Translations under genes and position numbers: made by a program | Notes under the pieces: generated by a model | What the model saw: the letters and a program-made list of their open reading frames with translations, nothing else | Databases searched by the model: none | What the model was told of the DNA's origin: nothing | DNA from: a virus | Reading direction: 5' to 3' (one strand) | DNA length: 64,000 bases | Virus record (IMG/VR): IMGVR_UViG_3300025832_000001 | Shown here: positions 16,149-24,890 of the stretch, piece after piece | How positions within the stretch are numbered: position 1 is the first letter of the stretch | Layout of the letters: each line of letters opens with the position of its first letter

Positions 16149-16697
16149 ATGGCATATAAACAAAACTTTGGCCCTTCAAGAAAATCTGGTAAAGCTGTAT
16201 CCATGTGCGGTGTTTCAAGAATAACCAACGAATCATATGGCGCTGAGATTGGTGGAGCTGCAGATAACGCATATTCAAATTACCAAGGAAAGGCAACAGA
16301 AGCTAATGCTTATGTGCAATCTGACATACCTACAGGTGGTATGACTATTGATGGTTCTACTGGAAAATCAAGTGGCGGTAAGAAGACTAGCATAAAAAAA
16401 GATAGTGACGGCGGTGTTACTAAGTTGGGTAGATTAAACAATAAAGTACAAAAAGTAAAAGATGGTGGAGGTAATAAAGCTAAAGAAGCTAGATTAAAAG
16501 GTAGAATAAATAGAACTGAAAAAAGACAGTCTGAAAGAGCTGTACGAGTAGAGAAAAGAAACGAAAGAAAAATGGATCGTACTGTAAAAAGAGAAAAAAC
16601 TAAAAACAAAATTCATAATTTCTTTAGTTCAGATAAATACGATATTAAAGAAACCAAACCAAAAAGCTCTGGTTATAAAGGTTGGGGAATGTTTTAA
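16149..16697 (+). CDS. Small Lys/Gly-rich protein, MAYKQNFGPSRK-leader family, member 1
   Basis: 182 aa. N-terminal MAYKQNFGPSRKSGK is nearly identical to the N-terminus at 18066. The C-terminal half is highly basic and low in complexity. Confidence 0.55.
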   Translation: MAYKQNFGPSRKSGKAVSMCGVSRITNESYGAEIGGAADNAYSNYQGKATEANAYVQSDIPTGGMTIDGSTGKSSGGKKTSIKKDSDGGVTKLGRLNNKVQKVKDGGGNKAKEARLKGRINRTEKRQSERAVRVEKRNERKMDRTVKREKTKNKIHNFFSSDKYDIKETKPKSSGYKGWGMF

Positions 16698-16707
16698 AAA
16701 ATAAATT

Positions 16708-17202
16708 ATGGCATACAAACAAAAAGGACATTACGGTAAATATAGCGGAAACGCTAAACACTCTAAACATCACATGGTTAATTCGTGGGAAGAAGAAGAT
16801 GTGAAAAGAGGAAAACAGCAAATGAAAGAAGGTCACAAAGGCCACGCTGAAGCTTTATTTGATGATGCTCATGGTAGTTACAATTACGATGGTCATAACT
16901 CAACAGGTAGTGAATCACCTGCAAATTTTCTTGGTGGAGTTTTTGGAGCTGCCGGAAAACTAGTTGGAAGAAAAGGTAGTAGAAGTAGACTGAGACAACA
17001 CAGTGAAGTAATGGATGCTTTAGGTAGGATAGAAGGTGAACTTGGTGGTGGTGAAAGCCAATCTCTTGATCCACAACAACCGGTTCAAAATGAATTACCA
17101 ACCCCACCGTCTCAAACAATGGCAGAAGGTATTGCTTCTTTAGGTACAGCTTTTTCAGACAATCCATCTATTGATCAAGATAAAATTGACGTAGATTTAT
17201 AA
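16708..17202 (+). CDS. Small charged protein, MAYKQ-leader family, member 2
   Basis: 164 aa. N-terminus MAYKQKGHYGKYSG. Rich in His, Gly and charged residues. Confidence 0.5.
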   Translation: MAYKQKGHYGKYSGNAKHSKHHMVNSWEEEDVKRGKQQMKEGHKGHAEALFDDAHGSYNYDGHNSTGSESPANFLGGVFGAAGKLVGRKGSRSRLRQHSEVMDALGRIEGELGGGESQSLDPQQPVQNELPTPPSQTMAEGIASLGTAFSDNPSIDQDKIDVDL

Positions 17203-17233
17203 TAAACAGAGTAAACTGACAAATCAAAACAAA

Positions 17234-17261
17234 CATTTAACATTTAACATTTAACATTTAA
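17234..17261 (+). repeat. (CATTTAA)x4 tandem heptamer in an intergenic region
   Basis: Four perfect copies followed by CAAAAAAAAGATT-ATG (start at 17275). Lies in the 72-nt gap after 17202. Confidence 0.9.
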
Positions 17262-17274
17262 CAAAAAAAAGATT

Positions 17275-17568
17275 ATGGCAAATTACATTAAAATTAAAGC
17301 TACAGACGTAGACGTAACTAACGTAACTTCTGATTTATTATTAGGAGAGATTGTATCAGTAGCACAAGGTTTAGCTAATGGTACTGGAGACGCAAACAAA
17401 TTCACAGTTTACAACAGTATCGGAAAAAGCTTTCTATTTACTACAACTGGAAAAGCTAAACAATGGGCTGAAGCTGTTCAAAAAGCAATTACAGCTAATC
17501 CAGGTGGTATCATGTCAATTGTACAAAACAGTACAGGCGTTAAGATAACTGCATTAGTTATAGCATAA
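17275..17568 (+). CDS. Hypothetical protein
   Basis: 97 aa ORF preceded by the heptamer repeat and an A-tract. Confidence 0.45.
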   Translation: MANYIKIKATDVDVTNVTSDLLLGEIVSVAQGLANGTGDANKFTVYNSIGKSFLFTTTGKAKQWAEAVQKAITANPGGIMSIVQNSTGVKITALVIA

Positions 17569-17570
17569 CT

Positions 17571-17726
17571 ATGAAATCTAAGGGATTAGGCGACGATGTT
17601 GCTAAGTTTACAGAAAAAACAGGTATTAAGTCCGTTGTAGATAAAGTATCTAGCGGACTTAACCTTCCCTGTGGTTGTAAACAAAGACAAACAACGTTAA
17701 ACAAAATGTTCCCTTATAAAGATTAA
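17571..17726 (+). CDS. Small conserved-looking protein (51 aa), below the ORF-track cut-off
   Basis: Hand translation: MKSKGLGDDVAKFTEKTGIKSVVDKVSSGLNLPCGCKQRQTTLNKMFPYKD. It exactly fills the 17569-17727 gap. The GLGD..AK.T...GIK...CGC..R...LN..FP pattern resembles small proteins I recall from marine phages (unverified). Confidence 0.5.
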   Translation: MKSKGLGDDVAKFTEKTGIKSVVDKVSSGLNLPCGCKQRQTTLNKMFPYKD

Positions 17727-17727
17727 T

Positions 17728-18057
17728 ATGGCTTTTAAAATGAAATCACCGTTTGCTTTATCTACTACTCCAGTATATGAAAGAGAATTACCGGAGGGTA
17801 TATTAGGTAAAGGTAATAAGAATGGAACTATATTAATTTCAGAAGACATTATTAAAGATCCTGAACAAACTAAAAGTATAATTGATCATGAAGAAGTTCA
17901 TATAGATCAAATAAAAAGAGGTGATTTAGATTACGATAGTAAAAATGTCTATTGGAAAGGAAAAAAATACTCTCGATCTAAAATGAAAGAGGGCAATCCT
18001 AATTTACCTTGGGAAAAAGAAGCTTACAGTAAAACTGATAATTATAACAAATATTAA
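17728..18057 (+). CDS. Small protein with an HExxH motif and an MAFKMK leader
   Basis: 109 aa. Contains DHEEVHIDQ (H-E-x-x-H). The N-terminus MAFKMKSPF resembles the MAYKQ leaders of neighbouring genes. Confidence 0.45.
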   Translation: MAFKMKSPFALSTTPVYERELPEGILGKGNKNGTILISEDIIKDPEQTKSIIDHEEVHIDQIKRGDLDYDSKNVYWKGKKYSRSKMKEGNPNLPWEKEAYSKTDNYNKY

Positions 18058-18065
18058 AAAATACA

Positions 18066-18464
18066 ATGGGATATAAACAAAATTTTGGTCCAAGTAGAAA
18101 AGGGGCTAAGCACGGAAAAGACATGATTTCAAGAATCATGAGTAACACAGATACAGTGAGTCCATTAGATAACTCTGTTCAACATTTAAAAGGAATGAAA
18201 GGAGCTAAAGATGGTACTAAAGATTCAGGTATGTATAGAAAATCTTACATGAAAGGAGACTCTTACGCTGTACCAGCTGACAAACTAAAAGGTATACAAA
18301 AATCAGAAGGAATGTCAAGAGAAGGTTCTAAACCAGATTATATAGATATTGATGGTGATGGAGATAAAAAAGAATCAATGAAGTCTGCATCTGATGGAAT
18401 GTCAAGACAAAAATATGGTGGTAACAAAGGAGACTTAAGAAGATCTGCTAAAAAAGATTATTAA
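18066..18464 (+). CDS. Small Lys/Gly-rich protein, MAYKQNFGPSRK-leader family, member 3
   Basis: 132 aa. N-terminus MGYKQNFGPSRKGAKHGK matches 16149 at 10 of the first 12 residues. Confidence 0.55.
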   Translation: MGYKQNFGPSRKGAKHGKDMISRIMSNTDTVSPLDNSVQHLKGMKGAKDGTKDSGMYRKSYMKGDSYAVPADKLKGIQKSEGMSREGSKPDYIDIDGDGDKKESMKSASDGMSRQKYGGNKGDLRRSAKKDY

Positions 18465-18470
18465 AATAAA

Positions 18471-18932
18471 ATGCCAAAAAAGAAGTTTTCCGAAACAAAA
18501 GTAGGTAAGTTTTTAGGTAGTGTTGCACCAGGAATATTAGGTGTAGCAAGTGACTTATTGCCAGACGCTGGCTTATTAAACGTTGTTAAAGGTTTAATAA
18601 TAAAAGACGAAACTATCAAACCTGAAGACAAAGAAACTGCTTTAAAACTATTAGAACAAGATCAAGTAGAGATGCAAGAAGTATCTAAACGTTGGGCAAG
18701 TGACATGAAATCTGATTCATGGCTTTCTAAAAACACACGCCCAATGTCATTGATATTCTTAACGGTATCTATGGTAATACTTATACTGCTAGATAGTTTT
18801 AAAATAGAGTTTCATGTAGCTGAGGGATGGGTTTCATTATTGCAAACTCTTTTAGTTACAGTGTACGTTGCATACTTTGGTTCACGTGGAGCGGAAAAAT
18901 TCAAAAGTATAGGTAATAATAATAATAAGTAA
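18471..18932 (+). CDS. Membrane protein, possible holin (3-TM GTA-type pattern)
   Basis: 153 aa. A charged N-terminal region (ETALKLLEQDQVEMQE) is followed by W..K.TRP and hydrophobic segments (MSLIFLTVSMVILILL, WVSLLQTLLVTVYVAYF). The layout resembles the holin-of-3TMs family. Not adjacent to the endolysin. Confidence 0.35.
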   Translation: MPKKKFSETKVGKFLGSVAPGILGVASDLLPDAGLLNVVKGLIIKDETIKPEDKETALKLLEQDQVEMQEVSKRWASDMKSDSWLSKNTRPMSLIFLTVSMVILILLDSFKIEFHVAEGWVSLLQTLLVTVYVAYFGSRGAEKFKSIGNNNNK

Positions 18933-18958
18933 AATTAATAACAATTAAATTAAATCAA

Positions 18959-19216
18959 ATGAGTAAAAAAGTAAAAAAGATTACAGAAGAAGAATTAAAG
19001 AACATAAAAGAAGTTAGTTCTAAATACAATGGGATTCTAACAGAAATGGGTTTTCACCAACTAAGACAGTGCAGTTTATCTAAATTAGCTGAGGAAGAAA
19101 TTGAAAAGCTAGATAAAGTTAAAAAAGATTTAGAAGAGAAATACGGTCCAGTTAACATTAACTTAGAAGACGGTACTTATTCTGAAATAGAATCACAGGA
19201 AGATAAAAGTGAGTAA
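18959..19216 (+). CDS. Hypothetical coiled-coil protein
   Basis: 85 aa, rich in E/K. Confidence 0.4.
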   Translation: MSKKVKKITEEELKNIKEVSSKYNGILTEMGFHQLRQCSLSKLAEEEIEKLDKVKKDLEEKYGPVNINLEDGTYSEIESQEDKSE

Positions 19217-19436
19217 TATTATTAGAAAAATCAGTATTGGTTCTGACTATAAAAATGATGCAATGCATTATTCTTTAGGTCAACAAGTATATGGTGGTCA
19301 TGTTATATCACATATACTAGAAAATACTGAAGACAATTCTTATAATATTCATATAAAGAAAGATGATGAAATATTGCCATGGAAGAAATTTAATTCTAAC
19401 ATGGCAATATCCATCGAGTACGATTTACAGTATTAA
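19209..19436 (+). CDS. Hypothetical protein
   Basis: 75 aa. Overlaps both neighbours by a few nt. Confidence 0.4.
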   Translation: MSNIIRKISIGSDYKNDAMHYSLGQQVYGGHVISHILENTEDNSYNIHIKKDDEILPWKKFNSNMAISIEYDLQY

Positions 19437-20047
19437 TGAACTCACTATACGACTTTATAGTTAGACCTCTTGGAAAAGAATATTCTAACGATATAAATAT
19501 AGGCGGTGTTAAATTAATTTTAAACACCAAGATAGAAAGTTTTAAATTTGTAAATAACTTAGCTGTAGTTGTTTCAATTCCTCTAGCTTATAAAACACGT
19601 GTTAATGTTGGCGATATAATAGTTATACATCATAATGTGTTTAGAACTTTTTACGATATAAAAGGTAAAAAGAAAAAAAGTAGGTCTTGGTTTAAAGAAG
19701 ATTTGTATTTCTGTTCTTTAGATCAAGTTTATTTATATAAGAATAAAAACGACGACGATTTTAAATCTATAAACAATAGATGTTTTATAAAACCATTAAA
19801 ATCAAAACGTAAGTTTAGCGTAGACAAAGAGCAAAAGCTTATTGGTATATTAAAAATAGGTAATAGTTCGTTAGAAGCCGCCGGTGTGAGCGAGGGAGAC
19901 CTTGTTGGTTACACCCCGTATGGAGAGTATGATTTTATTATTAACGATGAAAGATTGTACTGTATGAAATCAAATGATATTGTAATTAAATATGGAGATA
20001 AAGAAAACCAAACTGAATATAATCCAAGCTGGGCAAATAGCGGTTGA
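19436..20047 (+). CDS. Hypothetical protein with a GroES-fold-like sequence pattern split by a ~100-aa insertion
   Basis: 203 aa. The blocks VRPLG, IGGVKLILNT, LAVVVSIP and VNVGDIIVIHHNVF at the N-terminus, and GDLVGYTPYGEYDFIINDERLYCMKSNDIV at the C-terminus, parallel GroES blocks (IRPL, AGGIVL, VLAVG, VKVGDIVIF, EVLIMSESDIL). Eye alignment only. Confidence 0.3.
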   Translation: MNSLYDFIVRPLGKEYSNDINIGGVKLILNTKIESFKFVNNLAVVVSIPLAYKTRVNVGDIIVIHHNVFRTFYDIKGKKKKSRSWFKEDLYFCSLDQVYLYKNKNDDDFKSINNRCFIKPLKSKRKFSVDKEQKLIGILKIGNSSLEAAGVSEGDLVGYTPYGEYDFIINDERLYCMKSNDIVIKYGDKENQTEYNPSWANSG

Positions 20048-20273
20048 TGAATTAATAAAGGTAGCTAAAGAACCTATTGTAGACTCTGGTGATGATATAT
20101 CAGCAGATCGTTTAAAAAACGCAGCGGCAACAAAAAAACTAGCTATATTTGATGCTTTTGAAATATTAACAAGAATTCAAGAGGAGAAAGATATATTAAA
20201 TGAAAAACCTAAAGAAGTGAAAGAAGAAAAAGCTTTTAAAGGTTTTGCTGAAGGAAGGTCTAAAAATGTATAA
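19992..20273 (+). CDS. Hypothetical protein; small terminase subunit candidate by position only
   Basis: 93 aa ORF immediately 5' of, and overlapping, the large terminase. Its 5' end overlaps the previous gene by 56 nt, so the true start is uncertain. Confidence 0.25.
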   Translation: MEIKKTKLNIIQAGQIAVDELIKVAKEPIVDSGDDISADRLKNAAATKKLAIFDAFEILTRIQEEKDILNEKPKEVKEEKAFKGFAEGRSKNV

Positions 20274-22482
20274 GCAAAGTTTATATAAAATATTAGATAA
20301 TTATATTAACGCTAAAATTCTTAAAAGAAATAATAAGTACAAAAAGTGGGAGTATGGTTATAATGAAAAGCATGATATTGTTATAATATCCAAAGATGGT
20401 ACTATAGGTGATGTATATGAAATAGATAACTTAAAAATAGCATTACCATCTACTCCAGAAAAAGTTATTAATTTAGGTAATAAAAAATGGAGCAAGGTTG
20501 ATCCACCTGTAGAATTTAAGAGTATAAAAACAATATTCGACTGGGAGGATTACCCTATAGAATTTAAAGAAAAATGGTATGATTACATCAATGATGAGTT
20601 TAATAAAAGAGAAAAAGGTTTTTGGTTCATTAATAAGGACATTCCTACTTATATTACTGGTACTCATTACATGTACTTGCAGTGGTCCAAGATTGATGTT
20701 GGGAAACCAGACTTTAGGGAATCAAACAGATTATTCTTTATATTCTGGGAAGCTTGCAAGGCCGATATTAGATCCTATGGGATGTGCTACCTTAAAAACC
20801 GTAGATCTGGATTTTCTTTCATGTCATCAGCTGAAATTGTTAATCTTGCAACAATATCCTCGGATTCACGGTTCGGTGTATTGTCCAAATCTGGACAAGA
20901 TGCTAAGAAGATGTTCACTGACAAGGTGGTACCAATCTCTGTTAATTATCCGTTCTTCTTCAAACCCATCCAGGACGGAATGGACCGTCCAAAGACCGAG
21001 CTTGCCTACAGGGTCCCGGCCTCGAAATTTACCAGGAGACGACTCGATTCCAAGGATAGATCCAAGCAAGAAGCCCTTGAAGGTTTGGACACGACCATCG
21101 ACTGGAAGAACACGGGTGATAACGCCTACGATGGGGAGAAACTTAAACTCCTCGTCCATGATGAATCGGGGAAGTGGGAAAGGCCGAACAACATTCTCGA
21201 CAACTGGAGGGTTACAAAAACCACCCTTAGATTAGGTAGTAGAGTAATTGGTAAGTGTATGATGGGATCAACATCAAACGCTTTAGATAAAGGAGGAGAT
21301 AATTTTAAAAAATTATACTACGATTCAGATGTTACAAAAAGAAACGCCAATGGACAGACTCGCTCAGGACTATATTCTTTGTTCATTCCTATGGAATGGA
21401 ACTACGAAGGATACATTGATTCTTATGGAATACCTGTCTTCGACACACCACAGAAAGCAGTTACAGATCCGCATGGCACGAAGATAAAGCAAGGTGTAAT
21501 AGAGTATTGGCAGAATGAAGTTGAGGGATTAAAAGGTGATCAAGACGGTTTAAATGAATTTTATCGCCAGTTTCCAAGAACAGAGGAGCACGCTTTTAGA
21601 GATGAAGCAAAACAATCTTTATTTAATCTAACTAAAATATATGAGCAAATAGATTGGAACGGAGACTTGAGACATAGTAATTTAATAACTCAAGGTAATT
21701 TTCAATGGGAAAATGGAATAAGAGATACTAAAGTTATTTTTGTCCCTCATAATAAGGGTAGATTTTATGTATCTTGGATACCATCACCGCATTTGCAAAA
21801 TAAAATTATAATAAAAAGAGGTTTAAAATATCCAGCTAATGAACATATGGGGGCTTTTGGTTGTGATAGTTATGATATATCAGGAACAGTAGACGGTAGA
21901 GGATCTAATGGAGCTTTACATGGTTTAACCAAGTTTAGTATGGAAGATGCTCCAGCTAACCACTTTTTTTTAGAATATATAGCTAGACCTCAAACTGCAG
22001 AAATATTTTTTGAAGATGTATTAATGGCTTGCATATTTTATGGTATGCCTATACTTGCGGAGAATAACAAACCTAGATTATTATACCATTTTAAGAGAAG
22101 AGGATACAGGGGTTTTGCAATGAACAGACCAGATAAACTTAAATTATCAGTAACAGAAAGAGAGATAGGTGGAATACCAAACTCTAGTGAGGATATAAAA
22201 CAAGCACACGCTGCTGCAATTGAATCATATATTGAAGATTTTATTGGCATAAAAAACAATGGTGAACACGGGGAAATGTATTTTCAAAGAACACTAGAGG
22301 ATTGGGCCAAGTTTAATATTAATAATAGAACAACACATGATGCTTCTATAAGCTCTGGTTTAGCAATAATGGCTTGTAATAAAAACAAGTATAGACCTGT
22401 AGCACGTCTAGAGAAAAAAGTTTTTGATCTAGGAATAAAAAAATACAGTAATAACGGTCTTATGTCAAAAATAATTGAATAA
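20245..22482 (+). CDS. terL: Terminase large subunit
   Basis: 745 aa. P-loop-like KNRRSGFS, Walker-B-like KLLVHDESGKW (about nt 21148-21168) and C-terminal acidic nuclease-type blocks (GAFGCDSYD, PILAENNK). The next gene is portal-sized. Confidence 0.65.
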   Translation: MLKEGLKMYKQSLYKILDNYINAKILKRNNKYKKWEYGYNEKHDIVIISKDGTIGDVYEIDNLKIALPSTPEKVINLGNKKWSKVDPPVEFKSIKTIFDWEDYPIEFKEKWYDYINDEFNKREKGFWFINKDIPTYITGTHYMYLQWSKIDVGKPDFRESNRLFFIFWEACKADIRSYGMCYLKNRRSGFSFMSSAEIVNLATISSDSRFGVLSKSGQDAKKMFTDKVVPISVNYPFFFKPIQDGMDRPKTELAYRVPASKFTRRRLDSKDRSKQEALEGLDTTIDWKNTGDNAYDGEKLKLLVHDESGKWERPNNILDNWRVTKTTLRLGSRVIGKCMMGSTSNALDKGGDNFKKLYYDSDVTKRNANGQTRSGLYSLFIPMEWNYEGYIDSYGIPVFDTPQKAVTDPHGTKIKQGVIEYWQNEVEGLKGDQDGLNEFYRQFPRTEEHAFRDEAKQSLFNLTKIYEQIDWNGDLRHSNLITQGNFQWENGIRDTKVIFVPHNKGRFYVSWIPSPHLQNKIIIKRGLKYPANEHMGAFGCDSYDISGTVDGRGSNGALHGLTKFSMEDAPANHFFLEYIARPQTAEIFFEDVLMACIFYGMPILAENNKPRLLYHFKRRGYRGFAMNRPDKLKLSVTEREIGGIPNSSEDIKQAHAAAIESYIEDFIGIKNNGEHGEMYFQRTLEDWAKFNINNRTTHDASISSGLAIMACNKNKYRPVARLEKKVFDLGIKKYSNNGLMSKIIE

Positions 22483-24864
22483 ATGAAAATATACACTAAC
22501 TCAAATAGCGCGTTTCCAAGTCAGGTAGTACCAGACGCAGAAAAAGCTACGTTTGAATACGGTTCGCAAGTAGCTTCTGCTATTGAGACAGAATGGTTTG
22601 GTGCGGGTAGAACTAACGGTAATAGATACTTAACTAGTTTCAATAACTTTCATCATCTTCGTTTATATGCTCGTGGAGAACAGTCCGTTCAAAAATACAA
22701 GGATGAATTATCTATTAATGGAGATTTAAGTTATTTAAATCTTGACTGGAAGCCAGTGCCAATACTTGCTAAGTTCGTAGATATAGTTGTAAACGGTATT
22801 TCTAGTAAAGAGTATGATATAAAAGCTTATTCACAAGATCCTGAGTCAGTAAAGAAAAGAACACAGTATGCAACTAATGTTGCTAAAGATATGTTTGCAG
22901 CCGAGCAAATTCAAAAAGCTCAACAAGATTTAGGTATAAACATGTCTTCATCTAATGTGCCAAAGGATCAATTACCTGAAACTAAAGAAGACTTAGAGCT
23001 GCACATGCAGCTGTCATATAAACAGTCTGTAGAAATAGCAGAAGAAGAAGCTATCTCAACAACATTAGCAAACAATAAATGGGAGTTAACTAAAAGAAGA
23101 TTAAATGAAGATTTAGTTGTATGTGGTATAGCTGCCGCTAAAACTAATTTTAATAAAGCCAACGGGATAACATTAGACTATGTAGATCCAGCTTATTTAA
23201 TATACTCTTACACAGAAGATCCAAATTTTGAAGATATATATTATGTTGGTGAGGTTAAGTCTATAACAATACCTGAACTTAAAAAACAATTTCCGGATAT
23301 TTCAGAAGATGAATTACAAAGAATTCAAGAAATGCCTGGTAACAAACAGTATATAACTGGGTGGGGTAATTATGATAACAACACTGTTCAAGTTTTATAC
23401 TTTGAATATAAGACTTATACTAATCAAGTTTTTAAACTTAAAAGAACTGACCAAGGATTAGAAAAGATAATTCAAAAAACAGACAAGTTTAATCCACCAG
23501 AAAACGATACATTTGAAAAGGTGTCTAGGTCTATTGAGGTTCTTTATTCTGGAGCTAAAGTTTTAGGCACAAATACAATGTTAAAATGGGAGCTAGCTGA
23601 GAACATGACTAGACCATCAGCTGATACTACTAAAGTGGAAATGAACTACACTATCTGTGCACCTAAAATGTATAAAGGTAGAATAGAATCATTAGTTGGT
23701 AGATGTACAGGTTTTGCTGACATGATACAGATTACACATTTAAAAATGCAACAAGTTTTAGCACGTATGGTGCCAGATGGTGTATTTTTAGATATGGATG
23801 GTTTAGCTGAAGTAGACTTAGGTAACGGGACAAACTATAACCCAGCTGAAGCATTAAATATGTATTTCCAAACTGGTAGTATAGTTGGTAGATCACTTAC
23901 TCAAGATGGAGATCCCAACAGAGGTAAAGTACCTATACAAGAACTACAGACGTCAGCCTCTGGAGCTAAACTACAATCCCTAATACAAACGTATCAGTAT
24001 TACTTACAAATGATAAGAGATGTCACGGGATTAAATGAGGCTCGTGACGGTAGTATGCCTGATAAAGACGCGTTAGTTGGTTTAGCTAAAATGGCAGCTA
24101 ACCAATCTAACATAGCTACAAAACATATAAACAACGCTAGTTTATATATAGCTTTACGTATATGTGAAAACATATCACTAAAAATAACTGATGTATTAAA
24201 CTTTCCTTTAACTGCTAATAGCTTAATTGAAAGTATATCTCTTTATAATGTAGAAACATTAAGAGAAGTACAGTATCTAAACTTACATGACTTTGGTATA
24301 TTTTTAGAACTAGAGCCAGACACAGAAGAAAAAGCTCAATTAGAACAAAACATACAGATCGCATTACAATCTGGTGGCATTGATTTAGAAGATGCTATTG
24401 ATGTTAGACAAATAAAAAATCTAAAGTTAGCTAATCAACTCTTAAAACAAAAAAGAAAAAAGAAATACAAAAGAGATCAAGCAGCGGCTCAAGCAAATAT
24501 ACAAATGCAGGCTCAAGCAAATGCTAAAACAAATGAGCAAGCTGCGTTAGCTGAGGTTCAAAAACAACAAGCATTGACTGAGCAACACGTTAATTTAGAA
24601 AATGCAAAATCTCAGTTTGAAATACAAAGGATGCAAGTAGAGCTAGAAGGTAAAAAGCATTTGATGGCTCAGCAATTCGAATACGATAGGCAATTAGCTG
24701 AGATTGAAGCTCAAACTAAAACTTTAAAAGAACAAGAAATAGAAGATCGTAAAGATAAAAGAATAAAGATGGAAGGTTCTCAACAAAGTCAATTAATAGA
24801 TCAAAGACAAAATGATCTACTTCCTATCGACTTTCAACAATCACAAGTTGGTGAAGGATTTTAA
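22483..24864 (+). CDS. Portal protein
   Basis: 793 aa. Its ATG abuts the terminase stop. Followed by scaffold-like and capsid-like genes. Has a long Q/E/K-rich helical C-terminus. Call rests on size and synteny. Confidence 0.55.
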   Translation: MKIYTNSNSAFPSQVVPDAEKATFEYGSQVASAIETEWFGAGRTNGNRYLTSFNNFHHLRLYARGEQSVQKYKDELSINGDLSYLNLDWKPVPILAKFVDIVVNGISSKEYDIKAYSQDPESVKKRTQYATNVAKDMFAAEQIQKAQQDLGINMSSSNVPKDQLPETKEDLELHMQLSYKQSVEIAEEEAISTTLANNKWELTKRRLNEDLVVCGIAAAKTNFNKANGITLDYVDPAYLIYSYTEDPNFEDIYYVGEVKSITIPELKKQFPDISEDELQRIQEMPGNKQYITGWGNYDNNTVQVLYFEYKTYTNQVFKLKRTDQGLEKIIQKTDKFNPPENDTFEKVSRSIEVLYSGAKVLGTNTMLKWELAENMTRPSADTTKVEMNYTICAPKMYKGRIESLVGRCTGFADMIQITHLKMQQVLARMVPDGVFLDMDGLAEVDLGNGTNYNPAEALNMYFQTGSIVGRSLTQDGDPNRGKVPIQELQTSASGAKLQSLIQTYQYYLQMIRDVTGLNEARDGSMPDKDALVGLAKMAANQSNIATKHINNASLYIALRICENISLKITDVLNFPLTANSLIESISLYNVETLREVQYLNLHDFGIFLELEPDTEEKAQLEQNIQIALQSGGIDLEDAIDVRQIKNLKLANQLLKQKRKKKYKRDQAAAQANIQMQAQANAKTNEQAALAEVQKQQALTEQHVNLENAKSQFEIQRMQVELEGKKHLMAQQFEYDRQLAEIEAQTKTLKEQEIEDRKDKRIKMEGSQQSQLIDQRQNDLLPIDFQQSQVGEGF

Positions 24865-24890
24865 ATTTTAACAATTAATTATATTATATC

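Noticed and set aside
16310-17167. Antisense ORFs 16310-16609, 16645-16845 and 16778-17167
   Set aside because: They lie opposite AAA/GAA-rich Lys/Glu coding sequence, which reads as stop-free F/L/S-rich sequence on the other strand. They are artefacts.
17234-17261. A CRISPR-like array, considered for this array and for the AAATT repeats
   Set aside because: The units are 5-7 nt, strictly tandem and have no spacers. They are simple tandem repeats.
20579-21235. 218-aa alternative-frame ORF, and the antisense 97-aa ORF at 20866-21159, inside the terminase gene
   Set aside because: Both lie entirely within the GC-rich patch of terL, where stop codons are scarce. Their translations are low-complexity S/R/P/L strings with no motif. 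They are by-products of local base composition.
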